Shown in pieces: positions 50,035 through 59,761 of a stretch of DNA of 60,166 bases. Made by a program: the position numbers and the translations under genes. The DNA comes from Polyangia bacterium (lineage in GTDB: Bacteria; Myxococcota_A; Polyangia; JAAYKL01), in contig JBNKCR010000027.1 in assembly GCA_050287845.1 (NCBI GenBank), forward strand, positions 1 through 60,166. Reading direction: 5' to 3'. The notes under the pieces were generated by a model, which was not told the origin of the DNA, did not search any database, and saw only the letters and a program-made list of their open reading frames with translations. Position 1 is the stretch's first letter, and every line of letters starts with the position of its first letter.

Positions 50035-51124
50035 AACAATTGGCGTGGTGAAGAACGGGTTCAATGATTTGGCCGATCCTTTTGAAATGAGAAAATGCAT
50101 CAGTCAGATTGAAATAGATGGGGCGTATGCAGATGGCCTGTACCGTCTGGATGAGTGCGATGAAATTCAGGTGATTTTTCATTTTCACAAATCCACTTCT
50201 TTTGAACTGCGCCATGTGAATTATTTCGGTGAGTACAAAGGCGTCTTTGCGGCGTGTTCTCCGAACCGTCCGGGTTCCATTGGCGTGACCACCGTCAAAC
50301 TTCTGAAAATAGAAGGGTGCATCCTTACTGTGACGGGACTGGATGCCATCAACGAAACACCGGTGCTGGATATAAAACCCGCATTTTCAACATTTAGTCC
50401 TGAGAAACGAATGGCTGCAGATGTGGCGGAAATGAAAGCGTTCCCCAGAAAAAAACTCATTCCGTTAATCAAAAACAACGACATGGAAGCGCTTCTTCTG
50501 GAAGCGGGGTTGATTCACGGACACTATTGTCCGGGATTGAGCATGGGCGTTATCGCCGGGGTTATTGGCATGAATCATTGGCGGGAAGACAGCGATGGTC
50601 TGGAAGACATAGTCGCTATAGCAGAAGTCAACAGCTGCATGGTGGATGGTATTCAATTTGTTACCGGATGTTCCATGGGAAACAATGGGCTGATTTACAG
50701 AGACTTTGGAAAGACTGCTGTCACCTTTGCCAGAAGAAGTACCGACAAAGGTATCCGATTGTCACTCAAACCGGACTTTCATCAGAATTTGAAAAATGAC
50801 GCCCCGGCGTTTGCCGAACTTTTCACCCGGGTCATCGTGAATCAGAACAGGGAACCGCAACTTGTTAAAGAATTCAAGGGGGCGTCGACACAGGCATCGT
50901 TCAACCTGTTGAAATGGCCGGTGGACAAGGTATTTGACAGAACGCCGGTAACAGCTGCTATCCCCGACTACGCGCCAATCAGAGATAGCCATATCTGCGA
51001 AGTCTGCAATGAAAGTTACATGGACATCAAGGCCGGAAGCGGCAATCGCTGTCTTTCCTGTTCGAAAGAAGCGTATCACCAGCTGGACGGACGCGGTATT
51101 TGTCTTATCCCTCAAAACGGGTAA
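50021..51124 (+). CDS. TsaA/TrmO-like domain fused to an FmdE-family domain
   Basis: N-terminal GVFAACSPNRP..IG, GLDAINETPVLDIKP; C-terminal HGHYCPG, CMVDGIQ..TGCSMGN, CEVC..CLSC. Confidence 0.88.
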   Translation: MVEIKTIGVVKNGFNDLADPFEMRKCISQIEIDGAYADGLYRLDECDEIQVIFHFHKSTSFELRHVNYFGEYKGVFAACSPNRPGSIGVTTVKLLKIEGCILTVTGLDAINETPVLDIKPAFSTFSPEKRMAADVAEMKAFPRKKLIPLIKNNDMEALLLEAGLIHGHYCPGLSMGVIAGVIGMNHWREDSDGLEDIVAIAEVNSCMVDGIQFVTGCSMGNNGLIYRDFGKTAVTFARRSTDKGIRLSLKPDFHQNLKNDAPAFAELFTRVIVNQNREPQLVKEFKGASTQASFNLLKWPVDKVFDRTPVTAAIPDYAPIRDSHICEVCNESYMDIKAGSGNRCLSCSKEAYHQLDGRGICLIPQNG

Positions 51125-51224
51125 TTAAAATTTCCTCGTTTTTATTTAAAAGGTCCCTATCGGTGAGGCATTTATGAATTCGAGACGTGGCCGCCAAACG
51201 CCCCTGGAGGCTTCCCTTGCAGTT

Positions 51225-51286
51225 ATGAAACATAGTGTTGTGGTGTGAAACACGATGTGAAACGTAATGTTTCATATTGTGTTTCG
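51225..51286. promoter_or_regulatory. TGAAAC/GTTTCA repeats, candidate enhancer (UAS)
   Basis: five half-sites including the palindrome TGAAAC-GTAAT-GTTTCA, 65-125 nt upstream of a sigma54 site. Confidence 0.55.
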
Positions 51287-51350
51287 CCTTTTCCCTTTTA
51301 TCATTGCATCCAATGATGACAATGCCGCAGTTTTAAAGGTTCTGGGCGAT

Positions 51351-51365
51351 TGGTATGAACCTTGC
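51351..51365 (+). promoter_or_regulatory. sigma54 promoter
   Basis: TGGTATGAACCTTGC (GG-N10-GC). Confidence 0.72.
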
Positions 51366-51392
51366 CATGATGTTTGGCAATGAGGAGGTACC

Positions 51393-51830
51393 ATGAAGGT
51401 CGCAGTTCCCCTTCTGGGCAACGATGTTGCCCCCTGATTTGGTGAAGCCAGTCAGTTTTTAATTGCCGAAAGTCATAACGGTCCTGTGGTGTCTTTTGCC
51501 ACAGTTGATATTGATCATCTGGGCGACTGGATTTTTCGCCTCTCTGAGCTGGAGAGTTTTGGGGTGAAAGTGGCGCTGTGTTGCGGTTTCAATCGGTTGT
51601 ACTGGCCGCTGGCTATTGAGCGGGGCATTCGTGTGATTACCGGCGCCACCGGTGATGCGCGAAAACTGGTGGAAGCGTTTGTTCGCAGCGAAAAACTGCC
51701 ATTGCTGCCTTGCTGTGCCTCACCTTTGCAATACCGTCATCGAATACGAAACGGATGTCGCCACGCCCCTCCCGAATACCCTCTAATGCGGGATTCGACA
51801 AACGAAAGGATTAGCTATGCCAGGATATAA
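51393..51830 (+). pseudogene. NifB/NifX-family gene with in-frame TGA at codon 15 (nonsense mutation or recoded)
   Basis: GAGGAGG RBS; MKVAVPLLGNDVAP*FGEASQFLI continues in frame into the 51486 ORF. Confidence 0.7.
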
Positions 51831-52098
51831 CAGAAGAGGACCAGCCGGGGAAGGCCCCCGCACCGGTCGAAACATGGGAAAATGTCGGCCACTGGATACC
51901 GATGTTGACACACAGAACAGCACCGAGGATGCCGCATCCACTGATTCAAACGGATTGGGTCGCGGGGGGCGCCCATGGGGATGTGGCCGGGGATTCGGCG
52001 GCGGGATGCGCGCCGGTAATCGCGCGGTACATGCTGGACGGGCAGGCAGGGCGGGAAGAGGTCACGGCATGGGCGGCTTTGGCGGAAGGCGAGGGTGA
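51817..52098 (+). CDS. DUF5320-family Gly/Arg-rich protein
   Basis: MPGYNRRGPAGEGPRTGRNMGKC. Confidence 0.8.
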   Translation: MPGYNRRGPAGEGPRTGRNMGKCRPLDTDVDTQNSTEDAASTDSNGLGRGGRPWGCGRGFGGGMRAGNRAVHAGRAGRAGRGHGMGGFGGRRG

Positions 52099-52101
52099 TT
52101 T

Positions 52102-52509
52102 ATGGAAGGCAAACAAATCGCCGTCGCGCTCGAGAGCAATGGTCAGCCGGAGGGAGCAGTTAGCGCGCATTTTGGCAGATGTCCCGCCTATGGGGTATGG
52201 CACGTGGAAAACGGGACGCCCGTAAAAAAGGAGATGGTTACCAATCCGTTTTATCATCAGCACACACCAGGTGAGGTGCCCGGATTGATTAAAACCCTTG
52301 GCGCCCATGTGATAATTGCGGGCGGCATGGGGTCGCGAGCCATCAGTCTGTTCGGTCAGATGGGCATTGAAGTGGTGACCGGCGCCGTGGGAAATCCGGA
52401 CAAAGTCGTGGCAGCGTACATACGGTTTTTAAGGGTAACACGCTGCTTCAGGGGTACACGGGTATTCTTCATGGCGGCATTATTTCGTCTCTGCTGGATG
52501 CGGCCATGA
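52102..52509 (+). CDS. NifB/NifX-family protein with aberrant C-terminus after ~52420
   Basis: VSAHFGRCP, NPF, IIAGGMGSRA, GIEVVTGA. Confidence 0.82.
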   Translation: MEGKQIAVALESNGQPEGAVSAHFGRCPAYGVWHVENGTPVKKEMVTNPFYHQHTPGEVPGLIKTLGAHVIIAGGMGSRAISLFGQMGIEVVTGAVGNPDKVVAAYIRFLRVTRCFRGTRVFFMAALFRLCWMRP

Positions 52510-52736
52510 CTCATTGCCTGTTTCATCGAAACGTTGAAGCAATCACCGGCGAACTCAATGTGCGCTTTATTCACCCGGTGCCCTGTAACGCCATATTGGA
52601 AATTCATGCCCGCGTGGCAAGCGCCCACGGCATTTTCTACCGCCTGGAATCCGAACTGGTGCAGGACAACCGCCAACTCGCCAAAGCCACCGCCAGCTTC
52701 ATGATTCCCACGGATGCCCGAGTGAAGAAGTGCTGA
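52410..52736 (+). pseudogene. 5'-truncated PaaI-family thioesterase
   Basis: GSVHTVF..LQGYTGILHGGIISSLLDAAMTHCL is in frame with the 52506 ORF; no start after the upstream TGA at 52368. Confidence 0.78.
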
Positions 52737-52766
52737 ACAGACGCCTTTTTTCTTCATTCAGGAGAA

Positions 52767-54521
52767 TTGAGTTTTTACATTCGTCGAAAAGGATTTGCGC
52801 CAATGGGATGCCGGGAAAACGAGAATATACAGGATGTTTATTTTGAGGCGATAGTGACAGTGCTTGGGGTAGTCTACGCTCACCGCAAAATGCCCGATGG
52901 CGGGGACCTGTATCTGACGCCTCATGGAATGAATCATGCGAAACGGCTTGACGTGGGAAACTGGCGTTCTCCGAATTGGTTCACTGAAAAACGAGAGAGA
53001 TTGGACGGAACTAGCACGGTTTATCGCGTACCCACCAAACCCGTTGATGGGAAAACGATTGATTTGGTCGTAAAAAATTGTCGCGTGGGAGAAGATGTAC
53101 CTGGCGATACGCAGACGCTGCTCTCAATATTGAATGCTGAATTCAATAGTCCCTGGGAGGAATTCAGTTTGACGACAGAACTTCGCGAGGGAAAGTATGG
53201 CAACCCGCAAATATCAATTCATACACAGGATCCGCTTGCTATTTACATACCAGGCGAAACCATGCAACTCTGGCAAAGTGGCAGATCCCGGGACCGGCTA
53301 AAACGAGTCACTGCACGTCATCCTGGTATCGAGATTGACATACTGCGGCAATATCAGCTTATTTATGGCTGGATTCCCGGAAACGATTTGGTGGAATGTC
53401 TACACCTGACGAATGCATCTGACGATGAGCTGCAACAAATCGCGGTTCGGTTGACTCATAAAAGCATTGATGCAATGGCGACAAAAGGTTTCGAGGTAGC
53501 AGATATGAAGCCTTCCCATATTATCATCGATGAGGCTGATGTGACGACGCTTCGATCATTCCATGTCACCAGTAGCGATGGTGTCGCCTTTCTCGAAAAG
53601 CTCATCGATGATGGTCAGTACAGCATCGTAGATTATGAGTTGCTGGCGCGCACGTCCGAGTATAACAGGGAGGTAAATGGCAGGCGGCGTCAGACATATC
53701 TCGATGTACAGTGTGATCGGTTCAAAACAGCATCGTTGCCTTCGTTTCTTAAAGCAACAACCGTCATGGATGTGCCATATATTTTCGGACACTGCGAAAG
53801 CACCGATGGCCGCTTATGGGTGGTGGGCCGAAACGGTCAACTCTTTGACTACTTTCTGCCGGAACGGTGGCGCTGTACAACATCGTGGATGTTGTCTGAA
53901 AATTCAGATATATTTTATACGTTGAGCAAAGATGCCATTCATCTGGTCTGGAAAATATCACGGGTGGGTGAGCTACCTGTGCCGGATTCGCGTCACCTCT
54001 GTGCATCGGAAATTGTGAGTTTCGGTTACAACAGCCCGTTTGAAGAGTTTGCCATTGCTCATGACCTTGCTCAAAAGGGTGTTGGGGTGGTATATGTACG
54101 GGCCATTTATCGCACAGGCAGTTTTAAGATCGATGTAACGGAGGATTACAGCCGCTATAAAAGTCATGAAAGGCTGCTTTCGCCGGATGGTACACCGGTG
54201 CTTCAAAACAGTTACGATTACATTACATTGCGCGGGTACTTTAACGGGCCGGATGACTGGGTGGCGAAAAATCACTGCGCCCGGTGTCGGCCCGTAAACT
54301 TGTCGAAAGCCGTTCACTCCGGATTGATAACATCGAGCGAAGCCACCGCTTTCGTAGATAAAATGCATGGCGATCTGGAACGCGCAGGATACGACGGTTC
54401 ATTCTTGTCGATGGATGACTACCTGATTGCGGTAACCCTCGAAAACTCCCTGCTGAGAACCGACAGTGGCGATGTGCATGTTCGTATCTGCAACTTCGAA
54501 CAAATACAGCGTCGAAAATAA
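52767..54521 (+). CDS. hypothetical protein with two tandem kinase-like domains (start may be 52803)
   Basis: internal duplication LVVKNCRVGE/LVWKISRVGE, FNSPWEEF/YNSPFEEF; DMKPSH and VDYE motifs. Confidence 0.7.
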   Translation: MSFYIRRKGFAPMGCRENENIQDVYFEAIVTVLGVVYAHRKMPDGGDLYLTPHGMNHAKRLDVGNWRSPNWFTEKRERLDGTSTVYRVPTKPVDGKTIDLVVKNCRVGEDVPGDTQTLLSILNAEFNSPWEEFSLTTELREGKYGNPQISIHTQDPLAIYIPGETMQLWQSGRSRDRLKRVTARHPGIEIDILRQYQLIYGWIPGNDLVECLHLTNASDDELQQIAVRLTHKSIDAMATKGFEVADMKPSHIIIDEADVTTLRSFHVTSSDGVAFLEKLIDDGQYSIVDYELLARTSEYNREVNGRRRQTYLDVQCDRFKTASLPSFLKATTVMDVPYIFGHCESTDGRLWVVGRNGQLFDYFLPERWRCTTSWMLSENSDIFYTLSKDAIHLVWKISRVGELPVPDSRHLCASEIVSFGYNSPFEEFAIAHDLAQKGVGVVYVRAIYRTGSFKIDVTEDYSRYKSHERLLSPDGTPVLQNSYDYITLRGYFNGPDDWVAKNHCARCRPVNLSKAVHSGLITSSEATAFVDKMHGDLERAGYDGSFLSMDDYLIAVTLENSLLRTDSGDVHVRICNFEQIQRRK

Positions 54522-54705
54522 ATAAATCGCATTCGATATAACATAGCCACAGGATGACTTGTCTGAATAACCTCCAGTCTGCAGCATCGTTTTCATCATT
54601 CTGGCATGGCTGTTCCTCTGCTGCTGGCGCAGCAATCGAGTGATTTTCGGAGGGATGTGAAGACATTGCAACCATAATCAGCAGTTTACAACAGGGAGGT
54701 ACTTC

Positions 54706-56625
54706 ATGAAAAAAGAGTTCAGCAGCGATCAGTTCACCGATGTTTTAAAGCGAAAAATGAGTGATGCAAGTTTTACAAAATTAACGGCATTAAAAAATCC
54801 AAAGCTGATGGCATTCGTAGGTTTTTTTGCAGAACACTGTGACCCCGGAAGTATCTATGTTTGCAACGACAGTGCTGAAGACGTGAATTATGTCCGCCAG
54901 CAGGCGATTGCCCGTGGAGAGGAGGAGGTTCTTGCCCAGTCGGAACAAACCATCCATTGGGATGGATATGGAGATCAGGCGCGCGATAAGAATAACACTC
55001 GATTTCTGGTATACAAAGAGAACTTGTCTAAAATGAAGGCGCTGAATTCCATTGAGTACGAAGAGGGTTATGCCGAAATTATGTCTATTTCCAGAGGAAT
55101 AATGAAAGGCAAGGATGTGGTGGTACAGTTTTTTTCCGAGGGACCGACCGAGAGTCCTTTCACTATCCCGTGTGTTCAGTTCACTGACAGTTGGTACGTG
55201 GCGCACTCCGAGTTCATTCTGTATCGTTCGGCGTACACCCACTTTTTTAAAATGAGCGATGCCCAGAAAGACCATTTTTACAAATTCATTCATTCCGCGG
55301 GCGAACTGGACAATCGCGGCTGTTCCGTGAATCTCGATAAACGACGGATTTACATGGATACACAGAACAATATTGTCTATTCCATGAACAATCAGTATGC
55401 GGGGAATTCAATTGGTTTAAAAAAGCATGCTATGCGCCTGGCCATCAATCAGTCCGGTAAAGAAGGCTGGCTTTGCGAACATATGTTTGTAATGGCAGCT
55501 GTTGATGAAGAGAAAAAACGCAAGACCTATTTCTGTGGGGCATATCCATCCGCCTGTGGCAAGACATCAACGGCAATGATTCCCGGCGAAAAAATAGTCG
55601 GCGACGATATCGCGTATTTTAGAAATATTAACGGCGAGTTTCGCGCGGTGAATGTGGAGTTTGGCATGTTTGGCATTATTAAGGATGTGAATGCGAAAGA
55701 CGATCCTGTTATTTTTGAAAATTTGATGAAGAATCAGGAGGTGATTTTCTCCAATATACTGGTAGGGCCGGATCAGAAACCTTACTGGCTGGGTATGGAT
55801 GTGAGCGCGCCATCCAAGGGACGCAATCATTTTGGCCAATGGAAAAAAGGTGTGATCGATGACAAGGGAAATGAAGTGGGACTTGCACACGGCAATGCCC
55901 GTTACACGATGAGACTGGATTATCTTGACAACATCGACCGGGAAGGTTTCGAAGCGAAGGATGGTGTGAAAGTCGAAGGTATTCTGTACGGCGGGCGCGA
56001 TAGCGATACCACGGTTCCGGTGGAGGAATCACCGAACTGGAAGGACGGTATTTTGCTGAAGGCGGCGACGCTTGAATCAGAAACTACCAGCGCAACGCTG
56101 GGGGCCGAAGGAGTTCGTAAGCCAAGCCCCATGGCGAATCTGGATTTTGTTTCATATCCGCTGGGTACATATACGCTCAACAATATAAAGTTTGGCGAGA
56201 GCGTTTCAAATGCACCCAGAGTATTCAGCAATAATTATTTCATGAGAGGTCCCGACGGCAATTTCATGACCAGCAAGCTTGCAAAAAAGGTCTGGTTGCA
56301 TTGGGCAGAAGGAAGAATCCACGGTGAGTATGATGCTACCGATACACCCACCGGAAAAATTCCGCTGTATGCGGATTTGAAAGCGTTGTTTAAAAAACAT
56401 CTGAATGAAGATTTTTCAGAGGCCGATTACACGTACCTGTTTACTTTCCGCTGTGACAAGTGGGTGGAGAAACTGGAGAGGACAAAGGCATTCTACCGAA
56501 AAATGGATGAGGAATCGCCCATGGAGCTGTTTGATTACTGGGATGCCGCCATCGCAAAAATAAAGGCTGCACAGGCGAAATACGGCAATGAAATTAGACC
56601 GGGCGAGTTCAGGAGCGAGAGATGA
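54706..56625 (+). CDS. pckG: phosphoenolpyruvate carboxykinase (GTP)
   Basis: YAGNSIGLKK, GWLCEHM, YPSACGKTSTAM, VGDDIAY, NARYT, YGGRD. Confidence 0.95.
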   Translation: MKKEFSSDQFTDVLKRKMSDASFTKLTALKNPKLMAFVGFFAEHCDPGSIYVCNDSAEDVNYVRQQAIARGEEEVLAQSEQTIHWDGYGDQARDKNNTRFLVYKENLSKMKALNSIEYEEGYAEIMSISRGIMKGKDVVVQFFSEGPTESPFTIPCVQFTDSWYVAHSEFILYRSAYTHFFKMSDAQKDHFYKFIHSAGELDNRGCSVNLDKRRIYMDTQNNIVYSMNNQYAGNSIGLKKHAMRLAINQSGKEGWLCEHMFVMAAVDEEKKRKTYFCGAYPSACGKTSTAMIPGEKIVGDDIAYFRNINGEFRAVNVEFGMFGIIKDVNAKDDPVIFENLMKNQEVIFSNILVGPDQKPYWLGMDVSAPSKGRNHFGQWKKGVIDDKGNEVGLAHGNARYTMRLDYLDNIDREGFEAKDGVKVEGILYGGRDSDTTVPVEESPNWKDGILLKAATLESETTSATLGAEGVRKPSPMANLDFVSYPLGTYTLNNIKFGESVSNAPRVFSNNYFMRGPDGNFMTSKLAKKVWLHWAEGRIHGEYDATDTPTGKIPLYADLKALFKKHLNEDFSEADYTYLFTFRCDKWVEKLERTKAFYRKMDEESPMELFDYWDAAIAKIKAAQAKYGNEIRPGEFRSER

Positions 56626-56659
56626 TTCTTCGATTTCGCCATTCAGGAGGGGATAGTCG

Positions 56660-57538
56660 TCATGTTGAAAGGCGTTTCGTGTCTGTTTCTGCCCCGGCGC
56701 CGGAGAATCGAAATACGCTGCCAGCTGAACATGGTTGTATGCGGGATGTAAAGTTGTGTGCCAATTGCTTCATTGCCGCTTGCCCTGTGCAGTGACAGGG
56801 AATGAGTAAATCCGGGTTGAGTCGTTGCAAATCCATTACCGTTTTTTTCATCCGGTCTTTCGATGCGTTTACCAGATGAAATCCGCCGATTACAGCGTGC
56901 AAATGGCTCTCTCCACTGATTTCGAGTGCATATCTCACAGTGTTGATGATTCCGGCATGGCAGCAGCCAGCCACAACCACCAGGCCTCTGTTTGTGCGCA
57001 GCCACAACCCCATGTCGTCTTCCATGGAATCCGGATGCGAACCGTGTTTGTCCAGAAAAAATGGTCCCCCGGTATCTTCATAGGTGGTTTGGCGAGGTAT
57101 TTTTCCTGTGACTCCGATGTTGTCGGAGATAAGGGTCGGAGAGATCGTCCAGATTGTGTCAACTGGATGCCAAATCATTGCCTCCCTGCAAATATCAGTC
57201 ATGGCAACAGACCTGGCAGTACCGCCGGAAACGGAGTATCTGGGAATGGACACGCCGGGATGGGCAAACAGGCGGGCAGTGGGCGCTGTTGCAAGGGCCA
57301 ACGGCAATCCGCCGGTATGGTCGTAATGTCCGTGACTCAACACTATTGATTCTGCTTTCCTCAAATCAATGTTCAGGTGATGGACGTTGGGTTTCAATGC
57401 AGCACCTTGTCCGGTATCAAACAGGATTGTCTGTTCAGGGGATTCGATCCAGGCTGAAAAACCATGTTCGCTGATCAGATTGGCATTCGCAATATTGTCC
57501 ACGAGAACGGTAATACGGATTTCATGTGTTTTTTTCAT
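56660..57538 (-). CDS. MBL-fold metallo-hydrolase
   Basis: EHGFS, LFDTGQ, SHGHYDHTGG, GCCHAG, IGGFHL, PCHCTG. Confidence 0.9.
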   Translation of the reverse strand: MKKTHEIRITVLVDNIANANLISEHGFSAWIESPEQTILFDTGQGAALKPNVHHLNIDLRKAESIVLSHGHYDHTGGLPLALATAPTARLFAHPGVSIPRYSVSGGTARSVAMTDICREAMIWHPVDTIWTISPTLISDNIGVTGKIPRQTTYEDTGGPFFLDKHGSHPDSMEDDMGLWLRTNRGLVVVAGCCHAGIINTVRYALEISGESHLHAVIGGFHLVNASKDRMKKTVMDLQRLNPDLLIPCHCTGQAAMKQLAHNFTSRIQPCSAGSVFRFSGAGAETDTKRLST

Positions 57539-57562
57539 TGATACACTTTCTATTTCAGGGGG

Positions 57563-58765
57563 TTATCGACGTGCCACGGGGGATTCGAGCATCGGTGCAA
57601 ATTCTTCTTCCGGTATTTTTCCCATAAATTTTCTGTTGTTGATAATAAAGGTGGGCGTGCCACTCAGCTTCCTTTTCATGCTTTCTTCAATGTCGGCACG
57701 GATACGGGCAGCGACCGCATCTGTTTCAAGACAATTTTTAAATTTCAAACGATTCAATCCCAGACGTACGGCAATCTCAATGAGGTCAACATCCCTGGCG
57801 TTGATGCGGTCCTGAATGGAAAAAAGCGCGTCGTTCATTTCCCAGAACATGCCCTGCAGAGATGCACATTCCGCGGCTTTTGCAAATTCGCACGCGCGTT
57901 TGTGAAATGGTCGCTGCAGCCTGGGGTGACACGCCATATCCAGTGGCAGGTGACGGTGTACCAGTCTGATTTTTTCGGGATATTCAGCAACCCACAATCG
58001 CACATTTTTATGGGCAATGCGGCAATGAGGACATTCGTAATCTGAAAATTCCACCACCGTCAATATCGGATTCGTTGCCCCGGTCCAGCTGTGATTGTTT
58101 TCGGTGCCGCAGTGCAGTGTGGGTATCCCGGACCATCCGGGTGCCTGCCAGTATACGGGCATGAAAGCGAACAAAGCCCCCAGTACGCCGCCGACCGCTG
58201 CAATTAGTCCGGATAACAGCGCAGGTCTGAAAAACAGTGCGTGCAGGTCGTCTCTGATCAGTTGCCAAAGCGGGATTTGACTTCCCCGCCACGCAACAAT
58301 GGCCACGGTCAGCAGCAATAGGTTCATGATGTAGGATGCCAGGCAAAATAAGCATAGCGAGTCAATACGGGTGATGGATATGTACGCCAGCGCGGCAGAA
58401 GCAGTAACAGAAAAAGTGGCAAGCAGAAACAGAATCCCCAATCCCCATTGGGAATGAAGACGTTTGGGGTGCAGTGCCCAGAGCGCCATCATGCCAATAG
58501 ACACATACCCGAGAATTCCCCAGACCGATACCGGCAATCCAAGGAATACCGAATACGGCGAAAATGCAACGGTTTCGCAATTAACGCCCTCGCTGACAGC
58601 GCAAACGGCGTGATACTCCGGGTCGATATGAACGGATACATGGATTTGAGTCAGTTTGATGGAAATGAAAATCCCCAGAAGGGAGAAAAGAAACCCAAAC
58701 CAGATTGACCATGCTGGAAAAACGATTTGTTTGTTATCGCCGCTTAATCTGGAATCCACAGTCAT
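57563..58765 (-). CDS. VKOR-DsbA fusion protein
   Basis: loop Cys pair, SPYS, CLFC; EFSDYECPHC, GTPTF. Confidence 0.92.
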   Translation of the reverse strand: MTVDSRLSGDNKQIVFPAWSIWFGFLFSLLGIFISIKLTQIHVSVHIDPEYHAVCAVSEGVNCETVAFSPYSVFLGLPVSVWGILGYVSIGMMALWALHPKRLHSQWGLGILFLLATFSVTASAALAYISITRIDSLCLFCLASYIMNLLLLTVAIVAWRGSQIPLWQLIRDDLHALFFRPALLSGLIAAVGGVLGALFAFMPVYWQAPGWSGIPTLHCGTENNHSWTGATNPILTVVEFSDYECPHCRIAHKNVRLWVAEYPEKIRLVHRHLPLDMACHPRLQRPFHKRACEFAKAAECASLQGMFWEMNDALFSIQDRINARDVDLIEIAVRLGLNRLKFKNCLETDAVAARIRADIEESMKRKLSGTPTFIINNRKFMGKIPEEEFAPMLESPVARR

Positions 58766-58832
58766 TCCCGAAACCTCATGCGAATTGGCCCAGGCAGCGA
58801 ATCTTGCGTCTGTTAAACCTTTTCAACATTTT

Positions 58833-58952
58833 CTACACCCCGGTCAGAGAAATTGCCTCAGCAGGGCATTCGTTCACGCAAAGGCCACATCCGGTGCATT
58901 TATCTGTATCTATCACCGCAGCACCATCTTCAATTCGTTTTGTCCATGTCAC
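58833..58952 (-). CDS. 39-aa ferredoxin-like ORF with one 4Fe-4S motif (below the ORF-track cutoff)
   Basis: GTG overlaps the upstream TGA; MTWTKRIEDGAAVIDTDKCTGCGLCVNECPAEAISLTGV. Confidence 0.65.
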   Translation of the reverse strand: MTWTKRIEDGAAVIDTDKCTGCGLCVNECPAEAISLTGV

Positions 58953-59314
58953 CTGTTCTGTTCAGCCTTTGTCAGGTCCGCAATGCGGCGTTGCAGCGCT
59001 GTCAGGGTCTGTTCCAGCTGTGCGGCCTGATTTTGCAGCATGGAAAGCTCCTGTTCCGTACTCATCATCGGCGCTGAGATGACTGGGCCTGGTGGAGCGT
59101 TCCAGCCCCAATTTCCACGCGGGCCGTTTTGGAAGCCGGCCCCTGTTTGCCAGTTGCGGTAACGTCTGCCACCACTTCCTCTGCCGAATCCGCCTTGTCT
59201 GCGTCCCATGGGGGCACTGGCGTAACCGGGTGCTTCATTTCCTGCACAGAATCCGGCCATTCTACCGGTCATTGGTCCCTGACCATCTGGTCCTGTTCGA
59301 TCTCCCTGTGGCAT
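58949..59314 (-). CDS. DUF5320-family protein
   Basis: MPQGDRTGPDGQGPMTGRMAGFCAG; coiled-coil C-terminus. Confidence 0.88.
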   Translation of the reverse strand: MPQGDRTGPDGQGPMTGRMAGFCAGNEAPGYASAPMGRRQGGFGRGSGGRRYRNWQTGAGFQNGPRGNWGWNAPPGPVISAPMMSTEQELSMLQNQAAQLEQTLTALQRRIADLTKAEQNR

Positions 59315-59344
59315 TGTTCACCTCCTGTGATTTTCAACGATGGT

Positions 59345-59731
59345 TTACTCGTGAAATCGCCCCCTTCGTTGGCGACGACGATTTCGTTGCTGTCTACCTG
59401 GACATCCAGGCATTAAAAAGTTCTGTTCCTTCAGGCTGCCGTTGAATACTGCTCGAATGACATCTTCCAGCGGACCGCAGGTGTTTGGTAGAACACTTAT
59501 TCCCGATGCGGCAATCATTGCTTCAAAAGGCCGCGATACAGCGCCGCACACCAGAACATCCGCGTTCATGGAAACGATTCGCCTGACTTTTCCGCAGAGG
59601 TCAAAATCGGATATATTCACAATCCTGCGCTGGTGCGCGCCTTCCGCGCTGACAGTCACTATCACAAACTGCGATGCCACATCCAGTAGCGGAGCGATTC
59701 GGGTTTCATCTGTGGAAAACACAGCCCTCAT
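59345..59731 (-). CDS. NifB/NifX-family protein
   Basis: RIAPLLDVA, VLVCGAVSRP, FLMPGC. Confidence 0.85.
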   Translation of the reverse strand: MRAVFSTDETRIAPLLDVASQFVIVTVSAEGAHQRRIVNISDFDLCGKVRRIVSMNADVLVCGAVSRPFEAMIAASGISVLPNTCGPLEDVIRAVFNGSLKEQNFLMPGCPGRQQRNRRRQRRGRFHE

Positions 59732-59746
59732 GTGGAGATGTATTGA

Positions 59747-59761
59747 GCACGTATTATGCCA
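59747..59761 (-). promoter_or_regulatory. sigma54 promoter
   Basis: TGGCATAATACGTGC (GG-N10-GC); TGCA-rich repeats at ~59837-59872 as a candidate UAS. Confidence 0.65.

Noticed and set aside
51393..59731. Nitrogen fixation cluster
   Set aside because: Only NifX-like small domains; no nifH, nifD or nifK in the window
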